DNA from: Selaginella moellendorffii
Lineage: Eukaryota > Plantae > Lycopodiophyta
Assembly: GCF_000143415.4 (NCBI RefSeq)
Contig: NW_003314299.1
Location: forward strand, 124,001-188,000
Reading direction: 5' to 3'
DNA length: 64,000 bases
Below the pieces are notes generated by a model, which saw only the letters and a program-made list of their open reading frames with translations, searched no databases and was not told where the DNA came from. This document shows positions 38,330 through 50,087 of the stretch, one piece after another (position 1 is the first letter of the stretch; each line of letters begins with the position of its first letter). The position numbers and the translations under genes were made by a program.

Positions 38330-39878
38330 AAATTCACTTGCACCACTTAGAAAATGGTAAGAAGCTCTAAAACCCTTTGCCATATTTGAAATAAATTTTA
38401 GTCTGGAATAAAAATATTCTAAATTCAATCAAATCAAATATGCAAACACTTTATAGAGAGATTTTGAGTAGATTTATTAATAAAATTCACAAAAAATTAA
38501 AATGATCAAGGCATTATAATCTCAAACTTTCAAAAACCATGTTATTTATGGCATGAAGGAAATTGTTTATATATTATGATCCAAAAGTAAAAATTTATCA
38601 TCTTTGTGATCAGCATGACAAAATCTATTAACCTAATATTAATATTGGATAATAAATAAAGAGCAAGAAAAGAAAAAATAACTGTCAATAAACATAATAC
38701 TTTAATTTTATCATTAAAACTTTATAATAATATTAAAATTTCCCAAAGAAATAATTGTTACTAATTAAATAATAAATTAAATTTTTAGAATAAATGCATA
38801 AGGATATAGTTATATAACATAGGTTTTGACAATTTTTGCTATTAAACTGTATTATGCCTGTTCTCACCACCCAACTAAAAGCTCCAGTATCATTAACCTT
38901 ATGTCCTTGCCTTTGACTTGTGTTAACCACGTATTAAAAACAAGTTAATGCCTAACAAATTTTGGTGTTAACAGAAAATGAGTTTTTTTTGTCTTCTTCA
39001 CCCACTTCAATGTTTATATATGATAAAGAATGAGCTTCTTACATCTTACTTACCTGAGCATGTCCTCACTTACACTACGACAAAAAATACCTAATGTATT
39101 TGAATAAATCCTTCACTTCATCAAGGTCAAACAAGAGAAAAAACAAATAAAAAAAGTTAAAAAACCCTTGTGTACATTGGTCCTATTATTCAAGTAGAGT
39201 TTACCGCTTAGAGGACAATTCTCTTCCATACGAATTAAATAGCCTTATCAAATTGACCTTTTAAAAAGGGACAAAAAGGAAGTAGTCAATAAGGAGAAAG
39301 GATAATAAAACATTTTAAGTTAAGTCATAAAAATAGCCCATTTCTTTCACGACCTGAATTATCCTGAATTAGTATTTTCTAACATTCTCTGTTTTTAGAG
39401 AGAGATAGAGGAGCTTAGTTGACATCTGGTCTTGTGATTGGAGTGTACCTCTTAACTGGTATGGTTTAGGGGAACTTGCAAGTGACACAGTAATCCTAAA
39501 AGTTGGGAAAGGTCTAGCTGGTACAAGGGAGAGCAGTTGAGGTAGTTGCGTGTTGATGATAACCCAGAATCAAGCATTGGTGCAACACGAGGCATGCAAT
39601 ACATAAACAGTTTTAAGGATGAATGAATGAATATGTATGGGATGTGTGATCGCAAAACAAATGCCCACCCATCTCAAAGCATCTCGTTTTGCATTAATTG
39701 GAAGTAAATTTTACGCAAGAACTCGGCCTAGGAGGGGGGGCCCATTCTTGCTTAGCCGCCCACTCCACTACATGTTATCTTGGGCTCTACCCTTCGCTCT
39801 TTTGACCACGGAGTCAAGTTTAGTCAATCTCTTTAAAAGTTTTGGACACGTTTTGCCCTAATTCTCTGTGCTAGAGAC

Positions 39879-41638
39879 ATGACGAAGGCGCCGCTCCTCG
39901 CCATTCTCTCGGCCGCATGCACCTTCTTCTCCGGATTCCAAAACGTTGTCATTTGTTCTTGGCTCCAGCCATTTCTCCTCTTGCATTTCTTCCACAAGTC
40001 AGCGATTTCGCGCAATTCTTGCTCATGGCGCTCCGCGGCGCTCACAATCCTCCTGGCGCTCCTCCTCCAGACCACCGCCGCGAGCCTGGCGTTCCTGGCA
40101 TTCTTCCCGGGAAAGGTGAGCCCGGACAGCTCCACGGCCAGCAGCGTGCCAATTGTGGGAATAATCTGGGCACTGGCGCTGTGGGTGTTTCTGCTCCTCC
40201 CATTTCTTGCAAGCATCGGCTACAGGAAGCGTTTTGATCGAGCAAGAACCTCCCAGCCGCTGGTATTCGCGTCGATCTGGACCACGGCGTGGTTCCTGTG
40301 GAACCGATTCGGCGGCGTCGGCGCCCTCCTCCATCCCGCCGTGTCGCAGGTAACAATCTTGCCCCTGGTGATGAGCGCGGGCGTGTGGGGGATGGACGGG
40401 ATCGCATTCCTCATGGCGTGGTTCTCGGCGATTCTCCACGACAGGGCCGTCCTCGACGAGTCTCTTCCCAAGATGGAGAAAACCGACAAGAAGCGTGCTA
40501 CGCAGCTGCATCGCGGCCACTCCCTGGCGTTTGGAGCCATTGCTCTCTCGATCTTGTTATACGGCAGCGCCAGGGTCTCCATTTTCTCGGGGGATTTCTT
40601 CCAGAAGGACATCGCCCTCACGATGAAGAAAACAGTGCCGGTTTCTTGCGTCCTGGGCAAGCTCCTCGTCTACGAGGACATGGATGTGATGCTCAACAGG
40701 ACGAGCCAGCGCCTCCGAGCCGGCGATCGGTTGGTGCTCTGGTCCGAGGCTGCGGTGAAACTCCACCTCAAACAGGAGAGGGATTCTCTCCAATTCAAAG
40801 CCGGACAGATCGCTTCCCAGCATGACGCCTACGTGGGCATCACTTACGAGTACAAGGACGCGAGCACCGGAAGAGTCGGGAACTATTTCGACCTCGTTCT
40901 TCCCGATGGCTCCATTGGTTTTAGCTACAGGAAAGCCCACTTGGTTCCATTCGCGGAGTCGTATGTCACTCCGGGGGATCCCATTCTTCCCGCCATCGAC
41001 ACCGAGCTCGGCCGGATTGGAGGAGCGATTTGCTTCGACTTCGAGTTTCCAGACCTGATGCGCCAGGCCGGGGAAAAGAGGTAGAGCAAACTTTCAGTAT
41101 GGTAGCCTAGAGTTCTAAGTGTTTGGTGGTGCTTTGGCAGGATTGATATCATGCTCCAACCAGCCGAGACTTGGGGAGCAACCGGCCCCCGGGTGAAAGA
41201 GGCCGATGCCTTCCGTGTCGTGGAGAACGGCTTTAGCTGGTTTCGATGCTCCACGGGAGGCGTTTCAGCCGTTGTCGATCCCTATCTCCAGACATTCGAC
41301 CACAGGTGCGACAGTGTTAGATCAATGTTCGGCTGTGATATTCTTTTGGTTTCCTTTTGCTTGACAGGGAAGGTATCTCCGACTCGGTCTTCGCCATGGC
41401 GCTCCCAATACTTGGGAAGGCGTGGACGCTTTATCCGAGCTATGGCTGCCTTTTCGCGTGGCTAGTGGCTGCGCTCGCTGCGGTACACGTCTCCATGCTC
41501 TGCCTCCCTCTTGGAGCAGTGATGTACATCCTTGACAAGTCCCCGCCCGCCTTTGTGTTTTACATCACTGGCGACCGATCATTCAAGGAGTTTGCACACT
41601 TGCACAATATTTTGCCAAACCACACACCCCGATACTAA
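39879..41638 (+). CDS. Membrane nitrilase-fold protein, apolipoprotein N-acyltransferase (Lnt)-like, copy 1, 3 exons
   Basis: Multiple N-terminal TM segments; triad motifs LWSEAA, YRKAHLVPFAES, AICFDFEFP; FRVVENGFSWFRCSTGGVSAVVDP; TLYPSYG followed by a C-terminal TM; two GT-AG introns. Confidence 0.85.
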
Positions 41639-42236
41639 ACTTAGTAAATACATATTGCATATAAATTTCATGATTATTACCACCTAAAATCATGGTTTTT
41701 TCATGAAAAAACTCCTCACTTCCTCTATAATTTTGTATAAGAAAAAAATCCACTTTCACTACTTGGAAAATGGTATGAAGTTCCAAAAACCTTTGCCACA
41801 CTTAAATAAATTTTAGTGTGGCAAATAAATTATGAGAACTCATTCTAAATTCAATTAAATCAAATATATAAACACTTTATAGAGAGATTTTGAGTGGATT
41901 TATTAATATAGCTCAAAAAAATTTAAAATGATCAAGGCATTATAATCTAAAACTTTTTAAAAAAGTTTTATTTATGGCATGAAGGAAATTGTTTATATAT
42001 TACAATCCAAAAGTAAAAATTTATCATCCTTGTAATCAAGGTGTAAAGCATGACAAAATCTATTAACCTAATATCAGTATTGAATAATAAATAAAGAGCA
42101 AGAAAAGAAAAAATAACTGTCAATAAAAAACAATACTTTACTTTTATCATCAAAACTTTATAATATACTTAAAATTTCCCAAAGAAATAATTGTTACTAA
42201 TTAAATAATAAACAAAAATGTTTAAAATAAATGCAT

Positions 42237-45200
42237 TTGGTCATACTTATCAGCGTTGTCAGTGTTTTTCAGATTGGTAAACTCCATTTCCTGGGTGGAG
42301 ACCTTGGCATCGGCAACGTTGTGTTAATGCTTCTGTAATGGAAGGTCTAGACACCGAGATGCATCCAGGAAATGAGGAGTCGCATAAGTAACAGAAGGAC
42401 CTTGTGCGAATAAGTCAGTGACCCCTCCATCTTTCTTCCGGGAGTATCATCAAGGGGTTCACTTGGCACCGGTTCATCCAGTGTTTACTTTCCAAACTCG
42501 TTTTTATAACAAGAGGTCTCTTATTATTTTCTTCATGTTGGTTGATATAGGTTTGAGTTTATCTTCTATTGCTTGACCTGTTGCCACACATTGCCGTCTA
42601 CACTTGCATCATGCGGCAGAACCAGTTTTCATTCTTTATGGCAACAGTCGTACACATGCATGTGCATGGGATGAGGCAGACCTAGTTGTCCATGTGGGCG
42701 ATCTTAAACTTGAGTTGCAGTCATTGCGGGTGGTGCTAAATCAAGCTTTTGACCTCATTTTTGGTATAGATTAGTTATAGTGCAATCATACCAAATGTAA
42801 TTTTAAGGTTTCTCCCTGTTATCTCATACTTCTTTATGTTTCATCCATTCCTCCCACTTCCGTACCTTTTCGTCCCTTTACTTCTACCTTTGCTTCCATT
42901 ACTTTTGTTCCCTTACTATTTTTTCCTATGTTTCTGTTTTGTTCTGCTTTTCCCATTTCCGATCCCTCTAACAATCTTTGTGTTGCAGCGGTTGACCAGC
43001 TCATGAAGGAGTATTCTAATCTCTTTAAATTTGACCTATCGTTCGGGGCCAAGATTGACATATGTCATCCAATTCCAACTAGGGATGCTCATCCAATCAA
43101 GGTTCCTATTCATTGTCAGTCACCCAAGGAGATCAAGATTTTATATGCAAACATCAAAGAGATGTTGGAAAAGGGTGTTATTCAGAAGTCGCGGAATCCT
43201 TAGGCATGTGAACCTCATCTTGTGACAAAGTCTAATGGGAGTATTTTTTTTTGCATCGACTATCGTCCGTTAAACAAAGTGACAATCCCATATGTGTACC
43301 CTTTCCTTCACACTGCTAATATCTTGGATTGTTTGGGGTGAAGTTGTTAGTTCACTAAGCTAAATCTTGCTTCTAAGTACTGGCAAGTACCGATGGCCAA
43401 AGAAAACATTCCTAAGACTGCTTTTTGTACACCATTTAGTTTGTACGAGTTCTTGCCATTTAGTTTAAACAATGCTCCAACAACTTTCCAGCAGATGATG
43501 GACGAAGTTCTTTGTGATATGCCAGAGGTGACTGTTGACTTCATTGATGATGTTTTGATCCACTCGAAGGGGAAATAGGAGGAGCATGTTCATGATGTTT
43601 GTAAAGTGTTGGATCAGCTATAGGATGTTGGTTTAAAGCTGAAGCGGTCGAAGTGTGTGTTTGGGTCTAAAGATATAATTTATCTTGGGTACTGTATTTT
43701 TCGTGAGGGTTTGCAAGTTGATCCTGTCAAACTTATAGCTGTTCTAAAATTCCTTACTCCGAAGTGTGTAAATGATGTGCAGCACTTCTTGGGCAAAGTG
43801 CAGTATCTCGATCGTTTTGTAGCACTGAGTGTTCCCTTCTTCTTCTTCCTCTCTTCCGTGAAGATCATCGCGTAAGTTCCCCTGTTTGCTTGCTCTAGAA
43901 CAACGATTCTTCCATCATCTTTCTGATCGCACTGCACCATTGCGAGTGTTGCTGAAGTCATCAACGTCATCTTTCATCTAGTCTCCAGATTGTGAGCAAG
44001 CGTTTATGGATCTTAAAAAGCTATTAACAACTCCAGTTTTGGCATATTTTGACTACACTTGACCTTTATTTTGCACGTGGATGCTTCTGACATTGGTCTT
44101 GGAAGTGTGTTGATGCAAGAGAGCTCAAGTGTGCCTGGTCAGTGCCATCCTATTGCATATATAAACTATACATTACAACCAGCGGAGATAGACTATTCCA
44201 TAATAGAGAAGGAGTGTTTAGTAGCAGTTTGGGGTTTCAAAAAACTTCATGCATATCTACATGGTTCTAGGACACTTGGCAAATAACTATTTCAATCTGA
44301 ATGGTGAAAGTTCACATACTTCGCAATCATCTCTTTGAATGTCCAAATGAGCCGTTTCACCAAACTATCTGATTGTGGATGATAAGCACTCGTGAAAGTG
44401 TGGCATATCCCCAACTGAGACATCAAAACATAAAATGCCTCAGCCATAAATGCGGGACCATTATCCGAAAGAATCCACTCTGGACAAGAATGTTGGAACA
44501 CCACTCGATTGAGGAGGAAGTATCCAACAACAGTTGCAAAGGTGCTAGCAAGAGCACTAATTTCCACCCAACGAGTCAAGTAGTCAAAAACAATAATAAC
44601 ATACTCATTTGTTAGCAGTGGACCATGGAAAAGGTCCCATAAGATCAAACACCACCAACTCAAATGGATGGAATACTGCAATGGACTATAATTGTCCTTT
44701 CGAGCTTTGTAGCATGGTCTAAAGCTTCAAAGCCCATTGAGCAGTATAACTAACCAGGTTCTTCCGCTTCAATAATGAAGTAATAGCAGCATGGTCACCT
44801 TCAAATCATAGGGGTGTAGAGTTCTATTGGTGCTTCACCATATAAAGCCTTATGTAGTTATAATCCAATATTACCAATGGAGCTGGGTTTACCTTTGCGA
44901 TTGCCACGAGCTGCCAATGCTAGGTCATGGGATCAATATTTGATGAGCATTCTTTCACTTGTCCAAGTAGAGTCTACCGAACACTTAGGCTGTGTACAAG
45001 TGGGACAACAATAGTGTTACAACTCCCATCATCATCCACCTGTGGAGTGCAAAGTGGATGATTTGATGTTAGTCTATTTTCCCTATCTTACGGTATGTGG
45101 TTTATCTAAGAGGCTCCTTGCACAGTGGAAAGGACTATATCAGGTGTTGTGGCAAGTTGGACCACAAGTTTATGAGGTTCAACATGATGTCCAATAAGCC

Positions 45201-45549
45201 AATCGTCCAGTGATTATACATGTGCAACAGTTGAAACGCTTCATACAAAGGGATCATGAGTAGTTAGTACCACCTACAGATCCACTGATGCCTCCTCCTG
45301 ACATTCCTCCAAATCCTAGCCCATTTACAAGAGAACTCTGATGGTCTTTCATTATTCCGAGAGGAAGGGATGATGTGAGGGCCAAGTGTATGGTTACGAT
45401 GCCGTATACTAATATTAGCATAATGGGATTTTAGTAGCTGTTAGATTGATTTCAATCCAGACCACTTGCTCCTGTAAACAAGCTAGGGTTTTTGGGCTAA
45501 TTGATATACACATTTTCTATATTCCCTTTTCACATTCCAAGCACTCACA
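42237..45549 (+). mobile_element. Degenerate Ty3/Gypsy LTR retrotransposon (PR-RT-RH-IN order), no visible 5' LTR
   Basis: Protease relic (LVDIGLS...FDLIFGID); RT CIDYRPLNK, KTAFCTP, PFSLNNAPTTFQ, FIDDVLIHS; RNase H HVDASDIGLGSVL...YSIIEKECL; integrase SDNGPAF...AYHPQSD; many stops; PPT gaggaaggga before the 3' LTR. Confidence 0.92.
45374..45549 (+). repeat. 3' LTR, 176 bp, TGTGAG...CTCACA
   Basis: 6-bp terminal inverted repeat, preceded by a polypurine tract; related copies at ~2362 and ~7084. Confidence 0.88.
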
Positions 45550-46655
45550 ATAGGTTTAGACAATTTTTATTAGGTACTAACTTAAACTATATTATGCCTA
45601 TTTCTCATCACCTAACTAAAAACTCCATTGTGTTATTGTATCATTAACCTTATGTCCTTGCCTTTGACTTGTGTTGACATGTCTTTAACCATTTTTGTTG
45701 TTTAACAAAAAATGAGTTTTTTTTTCTTCTTCACCCACTTCAATGTTTTTCTACAATATATATTCAATATGATTACCTATGATAAAGAATCAGCTTCTTA
45801 CAGCTGACATACCTAAGCATGTCCTCACCTGCACTACGACAAAAAACACTCAATGTATTTGAATAAATCCTTCACTTCATCAAGGTCAAACAAGAGAAAA
45901 ACAAAAAAAAAATTTAAAAAATAACCCTGTGTACATTGGTCCTATTGTTCAAGTGGGAGTTTACTGCTCGGAGGATAATTCTCTTCCATACGAATTAAAT
46001 AGCCTTATGCATCAGTTTATCAATTGACCTTTTAAAAAGGGACAAAAAGGAAGTAGATCTGATAAACCATCCATTTCTTTCACATGACCTGAATTAGATC
46101 CTGAATTAGTATTTTCTAACATTCTCTGTTTTTAGAGAAAGAGAGAGGAGCTTAGTTGACATCTGGTCTTCTGATTAACTGTCTTGTTTGGAATGTCCCT
46201 CTTAACTGGTATGGTTTAGGGGAATTTGCAAGTGGTTATGGAAACACAGTAGTCCTAAAAGTTGGGAAAGGTATTGAGAATCTAGCTGGTACAAGGGAGA
46301 GCAGTTGAGGTAGTTGCGTGTTGATGACAACCCCGAATCAACCATTGGTGCAACACGAGACACACAATACATAAACAGTTTTAAGGATGAATGAATGAAT
46401 ATGTGTGGGATGTGTGATCGCAAAACAAATGCCCACCCATCAAATGCCATCTCAAAGCATCTGGTTTTGCATTAATTGGAAGTAAATTTTACGCAAGAAC
46501 TGGGCCTAGGAGGGGGGTGGATGCGGCCCCATTCTTGCTTAGCCGCCCACTCCACTAGAGCTCTACCCTTCGCTCTTTTGACCACAGTCAGAATCTCTTT
46601 AAAAGCTTTGGACACCGTTTTGCCCTAAATTCTGAAGATTCTTTCTGCCAGAGAC

Positions 46656-48409
46656 ATGACGAAGGCGTTGCACCTCGCCATTCTCTCGGCCGCATGCACC
46701 TTCTTCTCCGGATTCCAAAACGTTGCCATTTGTTCTTGGCTCCAGCCATTTCTCCTCTTGCATTTCTTCCTCAAGTCAGGGATTTCGCGCAATTCTTGCT
46801 CATGGCGCTCCGCGGCGCTCACAATCCTCCTGGCGCTCCTCCTCCAGACCATCGCCGCGAGCCTGGCGTTCCTGGCATTGTTCCCGGGAAAGGTGAGCCC
46901 GGACAGCTCCACGGCCAGCAGCGTGCCAATTGTGGGAATAATCTGGGCACTGGCGCTGTGGGTGTTTCTGCTCCTCCCATTTCTTGCAAGCATCGGCTAC
47001 AGGAAGCGTTTTGATCGAGCAAAAACGTCCCAGCCGCTGGTATTCGCGTCGATCTGGACCACGGCGTGGTTCCTGTGGAATCGATTCGGCGGCGTCGGCG
47101 CCCTCCTCCATCCCGCCGTGTCGCAGGTGACAATCTTGCCTCTGGTGATGAGCGCCGGCGTGTGGGGGATGGATGGGATCGCATTCCTCATGGCGTGGTT
47201 CTCGGCGATTCTCCACGACAGGACCGTTCTCGACGAGTCTCTTCCCAAGATGGAGAAATCCGACAAGAAGCGTGCTACGCAGCTGCATCGCGGCCACTCC
47301 CTGGCGTTTGGAGCCATTGCCCTCTCGACCTTGTTCTACGGCAGCGCCAGGGTCTCGGTCTTCTCGGGCGATTTCTTCCAGAAGGACATCGCCCTCACGA
47401 TGAAGAAAACAGTGCCGGTCTCTTGCGTCCTGGGCAAGCTCCTCGTCTACGAGGACATGGATGTGATGCTCAACCGGACGAACCAGCGCCTCCGAGCCGG
47501 CGATCGGTTGGTGCTCTGGTCCGAGGCTGCGGTGAAACTCCACCTCAAACAGGAGAGGGATTCTCTCCAATTCAAAGCCGGACAGATCGCTTCCCAGCAT
47601 GGCGCCTACGTTGGCATCACTTACGAGTACAACGACGCGAGCACTGGAAGAGTCGGGAACTATTTCGACCTCGTTCTTCCCGATGGCTCCATTGGTTTTA
47701 GCTACAGGAAAGCCCACTTGGTTCCATTCGCGGAGTCGTATGTCACTCCGGGGGATCCCATTCTTCCCGCCATCGACACCGAGCTCGGCCGGATTGGAGG
47801 AGCGATTTGCTTCGACTTCGAGTTTCCAGACCTGATGCGCCAGGCCGGGGAAAAGAGGTAGAGCAAACTTTCAGTATGGTAGCCTAGAGTTCTAAGTGTT
47901 TGGTGGTGCTTTGGCAGGATTGATATCATGCTCCAACCAGCCGAGACTTGGGGAGCAACCGGCCCCCGGGTGAAAGAGGCCGATGCCTTCCGTGTCGTGG
48001 AGAACGGCTTTAGCTGGTTTCGATGCTCCACGGGAGGCGTTTCAGCCGTTGTCGATCCCTATCTCCAGACATTCGACCACAGGTGCGACAGTGTTAGATC
48101 AATGTTCGGCTGTGATATTCTTTTGGTTTCCTTTTGCTTGACAGGGAAGGTATCTCCGACTCGGTCTTTGCCATGGCGCTCCCAATACTTGGGAAGGCGT
48201 GGACGCTTTATCCGAGCTATGGCTGCCTTTTCGCGTGGCTAGTGGCTGCGCTCGCTGCGGTACACGTCTCCATGCTCTGCCTCCCTCTTGGAGCAGTGAT
48301 GTACATCCTTGACAAGTCCCCGCCCGCCTTTGTGTTTTACATCACTGGCGACCGATCATTCAAGGAGTTTGAGAAGTCGGAGCTAAGTTGCGTGCTGCTG
48401 GCGGAGTGA
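46656..48409 (+). CDS. Lnt-like membrane nitrilase-fold protein, copy 2, 3 exons
   Basis: Near-identical paralogue of 39879-41638 with E-K-C motifs intact; probably retains the original C-terminus (KEFEKSELSCVLLAE). Confidence 0.85.
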
Positions 48410-48644
48410 TAGCGATCGCTATCCATCGTGCACACGCTGCCGACGGTAATACTCGCTTGTCAAGTGTGACTTAAGATTCCTGTGACGCAGGCAGTGGAGC
48501 CCAATGTGTGGGCCAATGTATATAAAGCACCGGTAATACGATGGACCGACACATTAGAGGACTCCTTGCATTGAGTAGAGCTTCAATCACTCCTTAGGTG
48601 GCAGCGCAAAGAATCTACACTTTTTTGGATGTAGCGGCGCAACT

Positions 48645-50087
48645 TTAGGCCAGATCTTTGGAGGGATTCAAGGCCCCAGAGAGCAACACGTAGGCGTTGG
48701 ATCGCGTCGGCTGGAGCGTCACGGAATGCTGCGCTGCCAAGCGCGCTGGCTCGTTGCTGGCGTGAACTGAACTCGCTGACAAAAGCGTCATCCATGCTGT
48801 GGATTCGGGGCGGAATGGCATGTTGGAGACGAGCTCCTGGGCTTGCTTGAGCTCGCCGGAGCGACCCAAAACATCGATCAGGCAGTGGTAGTGCTCGGGC
48901 AGCGGGGGGATTTCCCAGTCCCTGGTCATGGTCGAGAAGTATTTCTTCCCTCGGTCCAGGAGCCCCACTCGGCTGCACGCCGCCAAGACGCTCACGAAGC
49001 TCAGGGCGTTGGGTTTGATGCCTTCCATCTCCATCGCTCCGAAGAGCTCGAGAGTTTCGTGCCAGTAGCCATTCTGGGTGTTGCCTTGGAGCATTGTGTT
49101 CCAGGTGACTACGTCCTTCTCGGGTATGGAATCGAAGAGAAGCTTTGCTTCTTCCATCCGGCAAATGTGAGCAAAGGCTTGGAGTGCTGACGTCCACGAA
49201 AGGTGGTCTCGCACTGGCATGGATTCGAACAAGGTCAGGGCTTGTTCCAAATGCCCGTTTTGGGCATATGCCGAAAGCATAGCGTTCCACAAGATAAGAT
49301 CCGCATAGGGCATGCTGTTAAACACTTCTCTAGCTTCTGAAATACTGCCACTATTTGTAAGAATTTCTATCATTACTGTGCTTGCAATGACGTCCTTTTC
49401 TGGCATTCTATGGAAGATTACCTTTGCTTCGTTGCAATGCCCGGATTTGCCATAAGCAGCTATCATCGCCGTCCAGCAAGTTATGCCGTCGTCCGGCAAT
49501 CTATCAAACATAGATCGCGCCTCTTCTAGTTTTCCATGCGATGCGTATGCAGCGATCATACAGTTCCATAGAACGCTGCTGTGTTCTGGAATACCGTTGA
49601 AGAGTGAACTTGCCGTGTCAAGATGCCCGTTTTGAGCATATGCTGTAACCATGGCATTCCAGGAAACTATGTGTTTTTCAGGCATAGAATCAAACACTTT
49701 CCTAGCCATCGTAATATTTCCTGCTTGTGAGTATGCTGTGACCATTGTGGTCCATGAAATGACGTCTCTCTGTGGCATTTTTTCGAACAGACAGCACGCT
49801 TCCTCTAGGTGCCCATTTGAGGCAAATGCTGAGATCATTATATTCCATGAGAAAATGTTGGGATAGAGTATGGCGTCAAACACTCTTTTTGCATCTTGGG
49901 CGCTGCCGCACTTTCCATACATCTCGATCAGAAGGTTCGCAAGGTATCTGTCTGATTGATGTTGCTCAGATCCCAGGATCTGAGAGTGGACCTCCTTTGC
50001 GCGGGATAAATCGCTGAAACCTCCAACGGATCTGATAAACTGTACGTAGAAGCTGCGTTGTAGACACATAGAATGTATGAAATACAA
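48645..50087 (-). CDS. PLS-class PPR protein (S/SS-rich) with E domain and no DYW
   Basis: Repeated ~31-aa units (MPQRDVISWTTMVTAYSQAG...); E-domain PEHYHCLIDVLGRSG...MPFRP...AYVLLS. True start codon uncertain. Confidence 0.88.
   Translation of the reverse strand: MYFIHSMCLQRSFYVQFIRSVGGFSDLSRAKEVHSQILGSEQHQSDRYLANLLIEMYGKCGSAQDAKRVFDAILYPNIFSWNIMISAFASNGHLEEACCLFEKMPQRDVISWTTMVTAYSQAGNITMARKVFDSMPEKHIVSWNAMVTAYAQNGHLDTASSLFNGIPEHSSVLWNCMIAAYASHGKLEEARSMFDRLPDDGITCWTAMIAAYGKSGHCNEAKVIFHRMPEKDVIASTVMIEILTNSGSISEAREVFNSMPYADLILWNAMLSAYAQNGHLEQALTLFESMPVRDHLSWTSALQAFAHICRMEEAKLLFDSIPEKDVVTWNTMLQGNTQNGYWHETLELFGAMEMEGIKPNALSFVSVLAACSRVGLLDRGKKYFSTMTRDWEIPPLPEHYHCLIDVLGRSGELKQAQELVSNMPFRPESTAWMTLLSASSVHASNEPARLAAQHSVTLQPTRSNAYVLLSGALNPSKDLA

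Larger units (their letters stand above)
38150..48370. repeat. Tandem segmental duplication: unit A ~38150-41593, unit B ~41594-48370 (B carries the retroelement)
   Basis: cacttacacaattttttgccaaacc (38151) recurs at 41596; 38330-38810 matches 41750-42235; 38820-41593 matches 45550-48370. Confidence 0.92.

Noticed and set aside
39452-39655. ORF repeated at 46202-46450
   Set aside because: Explained by the segmental duplication; non-ATG starts, scattered indels and no recognisable motif.
42236-42256. Primer-binding site of the retroelement (tggtcatac...)
   Set aside because: Starts with TGG at a plausible position, but I cannot match it to a tRNA 3' end and the 5' LTR is absent.
39879-48409. 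Bacterial contamination as the source of the Lnt-like genes
   Set aside because: GT-AG introns, contiguity with plant genes and an intervening LTR element.
48495-48530. snRNA-type promoter (TGGGCC plus TATATAAA) downstream of Lnt-like copy 2
   Set aside because: No canonical USE element and no recognisable snRNA downstream.
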